A DNA stretch of 64,000 bases from Candidatus Obscuribacteraceae bacterium (GTDB lineage: Bacteria; Cyanobacteriota; Vampirovibrionia; Obscuribacterales; Obscuribacteraceae). The notes under the pieces are model-generated. The model did no database searches. It saw only the letters and a program-made list of their open reading frames with translations, and was not told the DNA's origin. Of this stretch, positions 48,378 through 58,075 are shown one piece after another (within the stretch, counting starts at the first letter, position 1; every line of letters begins with the position of its first letter). A program made the translations under genes and the position numbers. Location of the stretch: NCBI GenBank assembly GCA_044226015.1, contig JBGAHS010000007.1, positions 64,001 to 128,000 of the forward strand, in the 5' to 3' direction.

Positions 48378-51300
48378 ATGAGCAACAAACATCTTCTCAG
48401 AATTCGTCAGTCAGCAGTGCCAACACTGGTTTCTCTACTGGCATTCTCGATTGGTATCACGAGCAGTGCGGCTTTCGGTGAGGCAGAAGTCACTGAAGTT
48501 CAGACTGATGCGCCTGACCATCCGTTGCCAGTACCGACAGGCAGTAAGGTTCAGACGCGTATCTACCAGAACAAGTCTAACTTTGTTCCCAAAGGTCAGG
48601 GCATTCCGCTCGAAAAATATGGCATTAAGGTTGGTGCCACACCTGAAGGTGAAAAGGTAATTGATGCACTGTCAGAAGTTTTTGCAATAAACCGTCGCCC
48701 GAAAGAAGACAGCATGGGGCAGATATTCACTCTAGAAAAAGATGGTGAAGCCGCAGTAAAGAAGCAGGACAACTCCAAAGCTCTTACGAAGTTCCAGGAA
48801 ATGTACGGTCTTTGTAAGGAAGTGAATTACGGAGATGGTGAGGGTCGTGCGCTTGAGCGCATGGCACATATCTACCTCAACAAGGGTGAAAAAACTCGCG
48901 CTAAAGCTCTAGTAGAGAATGCGTTAGAAGTTATGTCTTTTACCCAAGACAAGAAGTCGCTCGGTAAAACAAGAGTAACCGCTGCCGAAATCTACCTCGC
49001 TCTGGACAATCCGGAAACTGCTCTAAAACAGCTTTCCGAAGCCATGAAAGACTTCCAGTCGAGTTCAGTAACAGATAGCGAAGAAGCTGCAAAAGGTATG
49101 CTTCTGGCTGCTGAGTTGGCTGTTCGTGTAGACCAGACGAAAGATGCTATCAAGTTCTACAAAGCTGCAGCTGTTTATTTTGGACAGTGCGGCAATGGTT
49201 CCATGGAAGTCAATCTGCACAATACGGCTGCAGGCATGTTGTTGGAACTAGGCTTCAACACTGCCGCTAAAGAAGAAGCCGAGAAGGCTTGTGCTGTTGC
49301 TCGGCAGCTGAAGCGCGATGATCTTGTCGCAGCCTCACTCACACAGTTGGCTTCATGCCAATACAATCTATGCGAATACACAGCTTCAAGAAGAAGCTGT
49401 GAAGCCATTCTCAATCTTAAGCTTGAGAAACAGCCACCGCTCGCTCTTGCGGTGATGACAGAGGCTTACGCTTATTCTCTCGGAGCAACTGGCAGTTTCG
49501 ACCATTCACAGGCTTGCCTTGAGCGCGCTTGGACAATCATCAAGAATGGTGCACCGGCATTGCACAAAGCACAGGTGCTCAACGGACTCGGTGTTCTGAA
49601 TACGCACAGAGGACGCTACGCAGTTGCAATTGAGCAACTTCGTCAGGCCGCTGACTCTGAGTCAGTCGTCGGAAAAGGTCGTGAAAAATTCGGCTTATAT
49701 ATTTCGCAGAACCTTGCCTCGGCACTGTCTCGCTCTGGCGAGAACCGTCAAGCCAAACAAGAGCTTGATGGCGTTCTTCGCACCATGGGCAAAATGAAGG
49801 TTCCAGACCCGCTGATTCTTGGGCAGGTTTATGGAGCTCTCGGCGAAATTTGCTTCAATCTAAAAGAACTTGGACAATCAGATGCTTACTTGCGTAAGAG
49901 CATTGAAGTTGCAAGCAAGATAAATGATGACGGCACACTCTGGCGCTCATACACCAATCTAGCAAAATTGCAGATGTCTCTGCAGCAAGCACCTAATGAT
50001 ACGCTTGCAAAAGCTGCTTCTTGTTTCAGATCGCCTCAAGCTGGCGTGTTCACAACCATCGAGAACAACCCGTTCTCTTCAACCAGAGATGAATTGTCTG
50101 CCGAGTTGATCAGCATGTTGCTCTCCAACAGTATGGTTGAACAAGCCTTCATCACTGCTGAGCAAGTGAAAGAAGAAGGGTTCATCAACGAGTGGCAAAA
50201 GAATGGTGGCGAAGTTAAACCATCTGACCGCGAACTTTATAATGACCTCGTCAGCCAGCGAGCCCACTTGCATGCTGCAGAGCAAACTAGCTCGCCCGAT
50301 AAGCTTCTGAAGCAATGGCAGGACTGGTTGCGTCGTCATCAAATTCTTGCCGCCGATAACCATGAGCTGGCAAGACTTGTTTCGCCAGTTCCAATTCAAT
50401 TGCCTGAACTGGTCAAGAAGGCTCAAGAAAATCAAGCTACTTTGCTCGATTATCTTGTCGGACCGCGTCAGAGTTTTGTATTCATCATCGACCGCGCTGG
50501 AAGACTCGGCGCCGCTAAGCTCGCTGTAGGTAGAGACCAGCTACGCGCTCAGGTCAATTCGATGCTGAGTCTGTCTAGCAAGTCAGGTCCAGAAAATCGT
50601 GCAGCAGAAAAGAGAGTTCTACAAAATCTATTTACTGAGCTGGTCCCTGAGCATGTTGCGAAATTCTTGCCTGCTAACCCAGAGCAATTGCTGATTTTTG
50701 TTCCTGACTCAGTATTGTTCAACCTGCCGATGGCAGCACTCGTTGACACAAAGGGTAAATACCTGGTTGAGTCGCACACAATCACAACGCTGCCCGCAGT
50801 GTTGAGCTTTATGGGCAATGGTGTCGCATATGGTGCGGACCAGTCGTTAGTCTTCAGCGCTTCAAGCCCGCAAAACTCGAGAGAGTCGCTTGAAGCGAAC
50901 GAACTTACTTCAATCTTCAATGACCAGGTTGTAAAACTCGGAAATGAAGATGTATCTCAATTACAAGAGCAAGCCAAAGGCGCTGTATTGCACTTCAGCG
51001 CACCATTGTTGTTGCAGGACAGCAATTTACTGAAGGCCGCTCTACCGATGACCACACAAGGCGCTGCAGATAAGAAAGCAACTGCTGATGCTTTGTTCAA
51101 GATGAATCTTCCAAGTGACCTGGCAGTCTGGAGTGGTACTTCAGTCAACACTAAAGATTCACAAGGTGGTGGCATCAAAGTATTTAGCCGTGGGCTGGCT
51201 TATGCCGGAGTGCGCAATGTCCTGTTCAGTCTATGGGTTGAACAAAACCCACAGAGAACAGAAGAACTGCTGGAATTCTATAAAGGAAGGCAGCAGGGCT

Positions 51301-51404
51301 TAAGTCAGGCGCAGTCATTGCGAAAGGCGCAACTACTTGCTTTGTCGAAAGACCCTTCGCCAAGGGCATGGGCTGCGTTCCAATTGATGGGGATAGGCCG
51401 CTAA
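48378..51404 (+). CDS. Secreted TPR-CHAT domain protein with degenerate catalytic motifs
   Basis: Signal peptide; TPR array; CHAT hallmarks VPDSVLFNLPMAAL, AGVRNVLFSLWV, SLRKAQL, PRAWAAFQLMG; probable ATG at 48378 (ORF track 48264). Confidence 0.85.
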   Translation: MSNKHLLRIRQSAVPTLVSLLAFSIGITSSAAFGEAEVTEVQTDAPDHPLPVPTGSKVQTRIYQNKSNFVPKGQGIPLEKYGIKVGATPEGEKVIDALSEVFAINRRPKEDSMGQIFTLEKDGEAAVKKQDNSKALTKFQEMYGLCKEVNYGDGEGRALERMAHIYLNKGEKTRAKALVENALEVMSFTQDKKSLGKTRVTAAEIYLALDNPETALKQLSEAMKDFQSSSVTDSEEAAKGMLLAAELAVRVDQTKDAIKFYKAAAVYFGQCGNGSMEVNLHNTAAGMLLELGFNTAAKEEAEKACAVARQLKRDDLVAASLTQLASCQYNLCEYTASRRSCEAILNLKLEKQPPLALAVMTEAYAYSLGATGSFDHSQACLERAWTIIKNGAPALHKAQVLNGLGVLNTHRGRYAVAIEQLRQAADSESVVGKGREKFGLYISQNLASALSRSGENRQAKQELDGVLRTMGKMKVPDPLILGQVYGALGEICFNLKELGQSDAYLRKSIEVASKINDDGTLWRSYTNLAKLQMSLQQAPNDTLAKAASCFRSPQAGVFTTIENNPFSSTRDELSAELISMLLSNSMVEQAFITAEQVKEEGFINEWQKNGGEVKPSDRELYNDLVSQRAHLHAAEQTSSPDKLLKQWQDWLRRHQILAADNHELARLVSPVPIQLPELVKKAQENQATLLDYLVGPRQSFVFIIDRAGRLGAAKLAVGRDQLRAQVNSMLSLSSKSGPENRAAEKRVLQNLFTELVPEHVAKFLPANPEQLLIFVPDSVLFNLPMAALVDTKGKYLVESHTITTLPAVLSFMGNGVAYGADQSLVFSASSPQNSRESLEANELTSIFNDQVVKLGNEDVSQLQEQAKGAVLHFSAPLLLQDSNLLKAALPMTTQGAADKKATADALFKMNLPSDLAVWSGTSVNTKDSQGGGIKVFSRGLAYAGVRNVLFSLWVEQNPQRTEELLEFYKGRQQGLSQAQSLRKAQLLALSKDPSPRAWAAFQLMGIGR

Positions 51405-51580
51405 GCATTAATTTCTATGGTGCGGAAATTAATTAACGAAGTCAAGAAGGAGTTGCGGTTGTATAAAAGACATATTCAATGTGCAGTAGGTTTATTTCCA
51501 ACTGCTTTGAATCTGCTAAACAGAGGCAGGCTTCTTGGAAATTCTGACAAGAAACAAATTCGAGAAAGGTTCGGACGAGT

Positions 51581-53266
51581 ATGAAGGGCAAGATCTTGAA
51601 AAACGAAACGAAACAGAAAGCGAGAGGAACGATGAGCATTGTGCTCGCACTCTCACTGAGCCCCCTGGCTGCGCTGGCGCAGTCGTCCGACACGCTCACC
51701 AACAACACATTGCCGATGGCGCAACCTGCACCATCGCAGTTTGTACAGAAGATTTGGGGGTCACTCGATATTCGCAAAGCCGCTAAAAAGGCTCGCGGTG
51801 CTGTGAAGACCGATACTAAGGCTGATGCCTCTGCCGAGAAGAAAGTACAGGTAGCTGATGCCTCCGCCGAAAAGAAGATACAGGTAGCTGATGCTTCTGT
51901 TGAGACCAGCACCGCTGCTGGTGTCACAGCAAGTGGGCAGACAATGAAGGCTGCTCCAGCAGAGAGTCTTGATTCCGATTTGCCAGTTGACTTGAATTCG
52001 CTAAAGAATTCCGGGTCGCCAGCTGAAGCTGCTGGGAAGACAGTAAAGACTGAAGCAAACCCTGAAGTTAAGACCGAAGCAAAGGACGAAGCAAAGACCG
52101 CTGTCTCTGATGCTGCTAGCAGCATTGTCAAAGATACAGATCCAGCAGAAGTAAAATCGGGTGACACTACAAAGACTGCTGAACTTGAAACTAAGCCTGC
52201 CTCACCGGCAGTGAAGGAAGAAGTTCCAGCTGTCAAAACCGATGCTGTCAGCTCAGTTTCAGAAAACAAAGAAACTGCGCCAGTTGCTAGCGAAACAGAA
52301 AAGACTGAAAAGCCAATAGCAATTGCAAATGCTGTTATCTCCTTGCCACCAGGTTCGGTGCTTGGCAGAATGCAGTCTGCTCATGCTAGCGAAGCTGTTG
52401 TTGTCGATAACGATGAAGTCCAAGAAGTCGAAGAAACTCTCAAGCAAGAAGAAATCGAAACTGATGAGGGCAAAACTCGAGCCAAGGCTGGTGCGAGATT
52501 CCCGGTTGTGATTTCCTCACAAATCACCAGTAAGACAGCGAAGAAGGGCGACCCGATTCAAGCTCGTCTGAAATACGATCTGAAAATCGGTGACAGAGTT
52601 ATCGCTAAAAAAGGCGCGATGGTCAACGGTCACGTTAACTACAGCTTGAAGGCAAGAACGATTATGCACTCCCTTGTGAGCAAAGAGCGCTGGTATCGTA
52701 ACTCGGGCTGCGTAGGCATTGCGTTCGACGAAATTATCAATGAGAAGGGAGAGCACCTTCCTTTAGCTGCTGTTCCTTCCCGCCAAGCTCGCATTGTCAA
52801 AAACAAAGCTGAGGGAAGAGAATTGGGCGTCAACCACTACGGTCAGGTTACTGGTCCGTGGGCTCAGCAACTGCGCTACAAAGCATTGCGTATCGGTTTG
52901 AACGCGGCACTTGCACCGGCTGGCGTATTCACTTTCGGAGCGATGCCGGTCGCGCTAGGTGTACTTGGTGCGGCTAACCCATCATTCGCGTTCTCAAAGC
53001 CAGTTGGTCTGAACGTCAGACACAGAAGACTGAAGGGCTTTGCCTGGGGCTTCCTCAGTGGAGTTCCTGGTAGCTGGATAATTGAAGACACAACCGTTAA
53101 AGGACAGGAAGCAATCATCAAGCCTGGTGACGAATTCTATGCAGAGTTCACACAAGAATTCACCGGTGAGCCTGGCGGCGATGCATCCTTGATGCCTGGT
53201 GCAAGCACCAAGCTGCGTGGTGAAGTTCTAACCGATCCGAAGAAAGCTAAGAAGTCCAAGAAATAA
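51581..53266 (+). CDS. Secreted protein with low-complexity N-terminal half and TrbI/VirB10-like C-terminal beta domain
   Basis: Signal ending ALA-Q; FPVVISSQITSKTAKKGDPIQARL...KGAMVNGHV...KGQEAIIKPGDEF; internal ADASAEKKVQV repeat at about 51821-51899. Confidence 0.7.
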   Translation: MKGKILKNETKQKARGTMSIVLALSLSPLAALAQSSDTLTNNTLPMAQPAPSQFVQKIWGSLDIRKAAKKARGAVKTDTKADASAEKKVQVADASAEKKIQVADASVETSTAAGVTASGQTMKAAPAESLDSDLPVDLNSLKNSGSPAEAAGKTVKTEANPEVKTEAKDEAKTAVSDAASSIVKDTDPAEVKSGDTTKTAELETKPASPAVKEEVPAVKTDAVSSVSENKETAPVASETEKTEKPIAIANAVISLPPGSVLGRMQSAHASEAVVVDNDEVQEVEETLKQEEIETDEGKTRAKAGARFPVVISSQITSKTAKKGDPIQARLKYDLKIGDRVIAKKGAMVNGHVNYSLKARTIMHSLVSKERWYRNSGCVGIAFDEIINEKGEHLPLAAVPSRQARIVKNKAEGRELGVNHYGQVTGPWAQQLRYKALRIGLNAALAPAGVFTFGAMPVALGVLGAANPSFAFSKPVGLNVRHRRLKGFAWGFLSGVPGSWIIEDTTVKGQEAIIKPGDEFYAEFTQEFTGEPGGDASLMPGASTKLRGEVLTDPKKAKKSKK

Positions 53267-53763
53267 TGGTTAGAAAGTCTGATGAGCCCACTCCGCTAGT
53301 ACCGGAGAGCTTGTCTCACGTAATCGGATTTCTTTTGAATCAAAACGGAAGAATAATCCGTGAGCGACTTGAAGCTGCCTTGAAGCCCTTGGACTTGAGT
53401 TTGCGAGAACTTGGTGTTCTTCGAATTCTTGATGGTGAAGGTCCTTTGACCCAGCATGTTTTGGGGCGGCGCCACAACATTGATAGAAGCACTACTGTTC
53501 AAATTATCGATCAGTTGGAAGCGCGTGAATTAGTCATACGCAGCGCCAATGTGGAAGACAGGCGCAGCAACCTATTATTTCTCACGCCGCGCGGACGCAA
53601 GACTTTTCAGCGGGCTCGAAAGTTGGTCGATAAAGAACAAGAGCAGTTTCTTGCTGGGCTTGATGAAAATGAGAGAGAGCAATTGCGAAATCTGCTCTTG
53701 AAGCTTCTGACTTATCACTTGAGTTTGAGTTCGAGCACCGACGAGAACGTTGCAAGCAAATGA
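53266..53763 (+). CDS. MarR-family transcriptional regulator
   Basis: LTQHVLG...IDRST..IIDQLEARELVIR...EDRRSNLLFLTPRG. Confidence 0.92.
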   Translation: MVRKSDEPTPLVPESLSHVIGFLLNQNGRIIRERLEAALKPLDLSLRELGVLRILDGEGPLTQHVLGRRHNIDRSTTVQIIDQLEARELVIRSANVEDRRSNLLFLTPRGRKTFQRARKLVDKEQEQFLAGLDENEREQLRNLLLKLLTYHLSLSSSTDENVASK

Positions 53764-53848
53764 GATTGCTCGCTGCCGATTGAGTATTGAGGGTTTTTCT
53801 TACGCAAAATCAAGAACTGAAACGGTACCGTTTGAGTTCTGGGAAAAT

Positions 53849-54601
53849 CTAGAGCGGCAGCAGAATTTTTCCGTCTCTTGGGTAGACCGAAACTGCTGAG
53901 CCCTGCGCAAAAATAACAGAATAGGGCTTAGCGCCATTCAAGCTTGCGAAGTCATTTCCATAAATCTGAGAAAAATCCCAGTCGAGCTCGAATGATTTCA
54001 CCGGGTAACATTGCCAGAATGGATGCTCCACTTCGTAGCGGAGTAGCTTCTTGCTATGGCTGGTGCCGAAGCCCCACTTGTGTTCTTTGAAATAGTGCTC
54101 TGTGCTTGTTTCTTCAGGCAGAAACGGACTCTCCTCAGCCACAAGACTTATCTTGTATAGCTTGTCATAGTATTGCATTTGGTGCGCAATCTTTATTGCG
54201 TTTTGCTCTCGCTTAATTGAGCTTTTCATGGGAAATGCACTGTAAGGCTCGTTATAAGTGAGCTTTGCCATCAGTGCAACAAACCTTTGTGGAACAAGTT
54301 CTTTGATGAAAACAACTCCGCGATCGTTTCCGTGCCGCACGTAAAAACGCAGATTGATTTCAGGAAAATTGACAAACCCTGGCCAACGCAAGCCCAGAAC
54401 GCGAGTGTCAAGAAAATCGAAAGCAACAAGGCTTACAAATGCCTGACCATCAATTGTGTCTGGCTCTAAACCCGGTGGCATGTACTTTGAAAGAGTCGCT
54501 GGTGGCACTGCATAAGTAAAAAGAGCAAGATTCTCCCAGCGAGCCTGAAGGAATTTTGCTCTCGATTTTGTACTATTCATTCCAGGGTCGGAATGTGTCA
54601 T
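53849..54601 (-). CDS. DUF2071/YqjF-family protein
   Basis: FLQARWENL...FVSLVAFDF...FPEINLRFYV...VEHPFW. Confidence 0.88.
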   Translation of the reverse strand: MTHSDPGMNSTKSRAKFLQARWENLALFTYAVPPATLSKYMPPGLEPDTIDGQAFVSLVAFDFLDTRVLGLRWPGFVNFPEINLRFYVRHGNDRGVVFIKELVPQRFVALMAKLTYNEPYSAFPMKSSIKREQNAIKIAHQMQYYDKLYKISLVAEESPFLPEETSTEHYFKEHKWGFGTSHSKKLLRYEVEHPFWQCYPVKSFELDWDFSQIYGNDFASLNGAKPYSVIFAQGSAVSVYPRDGKILLPL

Positions 54602-54630
54602 AGATGCCTGTGCGCGAGACTCTTGCGAGT

Positions 54631-55953
54631 TTAGAATGCGCCTGTGTAGGGGCTAGCACCGCCAACAGAGATAGAAACAGGTGCATCAAGTTGAATGGAG
54701 ACATTCTGTCCGGATGGAATCACAACATCCTTACCCTTACGCAGAACAAGGCTGTCTAGAACTCCGACACCGGCTCCGATTGCGGTACCAGACCAGGCAC
54801 CGCGACCCGCGCCTCTGCCACCACCTGCAATGGCGCCTACTGCTGTACCGAGTGCTGCACCAGCGCCGGCTCCGATACCACCTCTGATGGCTCCCTGTCC
54901 AACTTTGGTTTTCCAGGTTTCACCAGCAAATGTGTCGTTGCCATTTTTGTCGTTGTACTTACCAATGCCGCCTTCGATGTGTGCAGTAATTGGTGTTTCT
55001 ACTCCATCTGGAGTTCTCAATCTGTTGAACTTGACGCCCAGCGTGCCAGCTCTTCCGAGAAATCCGCCGTGCTTCGCTTCAGTTACTGTACCAATCAATA
55101 CTGCGCCGGGTGGAATTTGCGCATTGCCTAATGGAATAGCCTGGCTTATTGTGGCTTGAATCAAATCACCAGCCTGTGCAGCTTGCGTTGCGATTGATGT
55201 ATTCAAAGTCGCTTGCAGCACCATTCCAGCTGGTGCATAGGCAACCTGCCCTCTCATCGGTCCACCGGGATAGCCACCACCTTGAGGTGGGTATCCGCCC
55301 TGTTGTGGGTAGCCCTGCTGATATCCACCGCCTTGAGGTGGGTATCCACCCTGAGCTGGCGGATAGCCGCCTGCGCTGCGGTTGAACTGGTCGCCGCCAT
55401 AAGGTTGCTGCGGTGGTGGTGAATAAGTTTGTGTTTGCGGAGGCGGATTATATTGGACATTCGTTGCCGATGCGGCACCAGGGTCGTAAGTTGGTGCTGG
55501 TGCCGGCGATGAACCTGCGCCAGTCAACTGCGCTACATAATGGCTAACGCTAGCTGTGTCTTGGAGTGATTTCTTTAGAGCATCTGCCCAGCGTTGCGCG
55601 AGGACTGCTGGCGTCACTCCTGCTAACCTTGCGTTGTCAGCGTCGACTGTGCACACTTGATAGCCGCCCAATGTGATTACCGGAACGCCCTTCACATAAA
55701 CAATGTTTACTGCTGACGGATTGCGATCTTTCGATGCGACAAGTGCATTGTCAAGATTCTTCTGGATTGCCTCTGCCTTTTGTTCAACTGACATGCCTCC
55801 ACTTGCAACCTTGTTTTCGAACACCGTGGAGCCAGCAAGACGGACCGAACCATCAGCGGCAAAAACAGATAATGGAGCAATAGCAATGGTTTGCGCGACT
55901 GATAACGCTAGAACCAAAAGTGTGCGCTTTGAAAAGGAAGCTCTGGAAGCCAT
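54631..55953 (-). CDS. Secreted protein with GGYPPQ repeats, TrbI/VirB10-like beta domain and glycine zipper
   Basis: Signal peptide; PAGMVLQATLNTSIAT...IPPGAVLIGTV...GTLGVKF; GAGAGAALGTAVGAIAGG; KGKDVVIPSG. Confidence 0.75.
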   Translation of the reverse strand: MASRASFSKRTLLVLALSVAQTIAIAPLSVFAADGSVRLAGSTVFENKVASGGMSVEQKAEAIQKNLDNALVASKDRNPSAVNIVYVKGVPVITLGGYQVCTVDADNARLAGVTPAVLAQRWADALKKSLQDTASVSHYVAQLTGAGSSPAPAPTYDPGAASATNVQYNPPPQTQTYSPPPQQPYGGDQFNRSAGGYPPAQGGYPPQGGGYQQGYPQQGGYPPQGGGYPGGPMRGQVAYAPAGMVLQATLNTSIATQAAQAGDLIQATISQAIPLGNAQIPPGAVLIGTVTEAKHGGFLGRAGTLGVKFNRLRTPDGVETPITAHIEGGIGKYNDKNGNDTFAGETWKTKVGQGAIRGGIGAGAGAALGTAVGAIAGGGRGAGRGAWSGTAIGAGVGVLDSLVLRKGKDVVIPSGQNVSIQLDAPVSISVGGASPYTGAF

Positions 55954-56118
55954 ACGACATCTCCGTGAGACGAAACTAGTTCATCAGAATAGACATTTCA
56001 CAGTCTATCAATGTTCCCAGCATGGTTTCTGAGAGTACATAAATCCTTCACTTTGATTGCACATGATGAGAGCGCAAAAGGCTGGACAAGAAGCGTTTTG
56101 CTCGTTTAGATTAGGCGA

Positions 56119-56967
56119 ATGCAGAATTCATTCCATCGATTAAAAGATTTCAAAACAGAGTTCGCTGGCAAAGTGGTTCTCGTCACGGGCGCAAGTCGAG
56201 GCATCGGCCGTGCGATTGCTCTGGCTTTTGCAAGCTGCGGAGCGCGGGTTGCCGTCTGCTCTAGTAATTCTGTGCATCTGGCTAAGTTAGAAAGTGAATT
56301 GAAAGATTTGGGCGCAAGTTACTTTGCACGAGTTGTTGACGTCAAAGACGAAAGCGCGGTCTGCCATTATTTGACTGAACTCAAGCAGCAGTTTGGAGCT
56401 GTGCAAATCCTGGTGAACAACGCGGGCATCTTCAAAACAGCTTCAGTCGCGGGGCATTCCAGTGAAGATTGGAAGGAGATTTTGCAAACGAATCTTGACT
56501 CTGCATTCTACTTCTGTCGTGAGCTCATCCCAGATTTTGAGCAAGCCGGCTGGGGGCGCATCGTGAATATTTCCTCTATATCTGGTCGAAGAGGAGAGGC
56601 TCATGGTGCAGCGTACTCTGCGTCCAAATTTGGGCTCATCGGACTTACAGAATCGCTCGCTCTTGAACTAGCTCATACGGGTGTGACTGTGAATGCGGTA
56701 TGTCCGGGATGGGTAAGGACAGATATGTCTGTCGCACAGTTACACGACCCCGCCTATCGAGCAAACGTGGAAGTTCTTGAAAGCGCCGAACAGACGAGCC
56801 GAATTCCCAGTGAGGACGAGTCAGTTGAGATCGCGCGCATGTCAGTTCCGCAGCAAAGATTTATAGAACCAGAAGAGGTTGCAGAACTTGTTCTCTATCT
56901 TTCGAGCCAGGCTGCGCAAGGAATTACAGGACAGTCGATAAACATTTGCGGTGGTATGAGCATCTAA
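56119..56967 (+). CDS. Short-chain dehydrogenase/reductase
   Basis: TGASRGIG, NNAG, YSASK, VCPGWVRT. Confidence 0.95.
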   Translation: MQNSFHRLKDFKTEFAGKVVLVTGASRGIGRAIALAFASCGARVAVCSSNSVHLAKLESELKDLGASYFARVVDVKDESAVCHYLTELKQQFGAVQILVNNAGIFKTASVAGHSSEDWKEILQTNLDSAFYFCRELIPDFEQAGWGRIVNISSISGRRGEAHGAAYSASKFGLIGLTESLALELAHTGVTVNAVCPGWVRTDMSVAQLHDPAYRANVEVLESAEQTSRIPSEDESVEIARMSVPQQRFIEPEEVAELVLYLSSQAAQGITGQSINICGGMSI

Positions 56968-57023
56968 TTCGCAAACGTGCTTTTATATAATGAAGGTGCA
57001 GATGTGTTTCTAGAGGATGAGAG

Positions 57024-57860
57024 ATGGCAGATAAGCGGCAACTTGCGCTCGAAAAGAATGAATGGCCACTGGAAGAAATAAACGGAATTACTCTCTGTCC
57101 GTCACCGCTTTTGAAAAGTTTGAAATCAATCGTCCATACTTTCACCACACGCAAAGGTGGTGGAACTCCTGCGCCGCTTGATTCCTTTAATTTGGGGCGG
57201 CACTGGAACACTGATGAAAGCAAAGTTGATGCGATGGAAAACCGGAGGGTGCTCTGCGATCTGTTTGGCATTGAATCGCAAAAGTTGGCAGTACCTGGGC
57301 AGCAGCATACAAACAATGTGCATATTTTGAAAGCAGAAGAAACGCAAAGTCCAGGACCCTATCAGTTTGCTGCGATTGACGCTGTAGCTACCGACTTGCA
57401 AAGGCAGCCAGTCTTGCTGCATTTTGCTGATTGCGTTCCCGTTATGCTGGTTGACGAAAAGAAAAAGAAAATTTGTGTGATTCATGCCGGATGGCGTGGC
57501 ACCGCCAGTAGTATCGTGAAAAAGAGTGTTGAACTCATGGTCAATGAAATGGACTCTAAGCCTGGCGATATTTATGCCGCAGTAGGTCCTGCCATTGGAT
57601 CTTGCTGTTATCAAACCGGCGAGGAGGTCGTTTTGCAGTTGAATGAAACTGTGGAGAATGGCGATGAATTGATATTGCGAAAAGATGGAAACCCCTTCCC
57701 TGATCTCAAGGCATTTAATGCAAGGCAACTTCTAGAGTCGGGTGTTCGCAACATTGATGTTAGTGGCTGGTGCACTGCCTGTCATCCAGAGACCTTCTAT
57801 TCCCACCGACAGTCGGGTGGAGTAACGGGGCGACAGGGCGCAATGGCTTGCCTGATATAG
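57024..57860 (+). CDS. pgeF: Peptidoglycan editing factor PgeF/YfiH (purine nucleoside phosphorylase/laccase-domain family)
   Basis: FTTRKGG, QQH, ADCVP, HAGWRG, GPAIGSCCY, CTAC..FYSHR, GRQ. Confidence 0.93.
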   Translation: MADKRQLALEKNEWPLEEINGITLCPSPLLKSLKSIVHTFTTRKGGGTPAPLDSFNLGRHWNTDESKVDAMENRRVLCDLFGIESQKLAVPGQQHTNNVHILKAEETQSPGPYQFAAIDAVATDLQRQPVLLHFADCVPVMLVDEKKKKICVIHAGWRGTASSIVKKSVELMVNEMDSKPGDIYAAVGPAIGSCCYQTGEEVVLQLNETVENGDELILRKDGNPFPDLKAFNARQLLESGVRNIDVSGWCTACHPETFYSHRQSGGVTGRQGAMACLI

Positions 57861-58075
57861 GTTTCCGCTGGAGAGACAATTTGAGGGTCAAATGTGTTCG
57901 GCGCGTGATGGAATGACCGCTTGTAGTTCGGTTTACAAAGTAAAGGCAGGCAATTCCGGCATATGCGACAATAAGCTAGTGATCTGGCTAATCTGGGCTT
58001 AATCTTTCTACTTGTTACACAAATAATCCAGGTTTCGAGACACAATAGATATGGAAGTCTTAGCGAGATAAGTCT

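Noticed and set aside
51442..52269. 275-aa minus-strand ORF
   Set aside because: Antisense shadow of the low-complexity half of 51581..53266.
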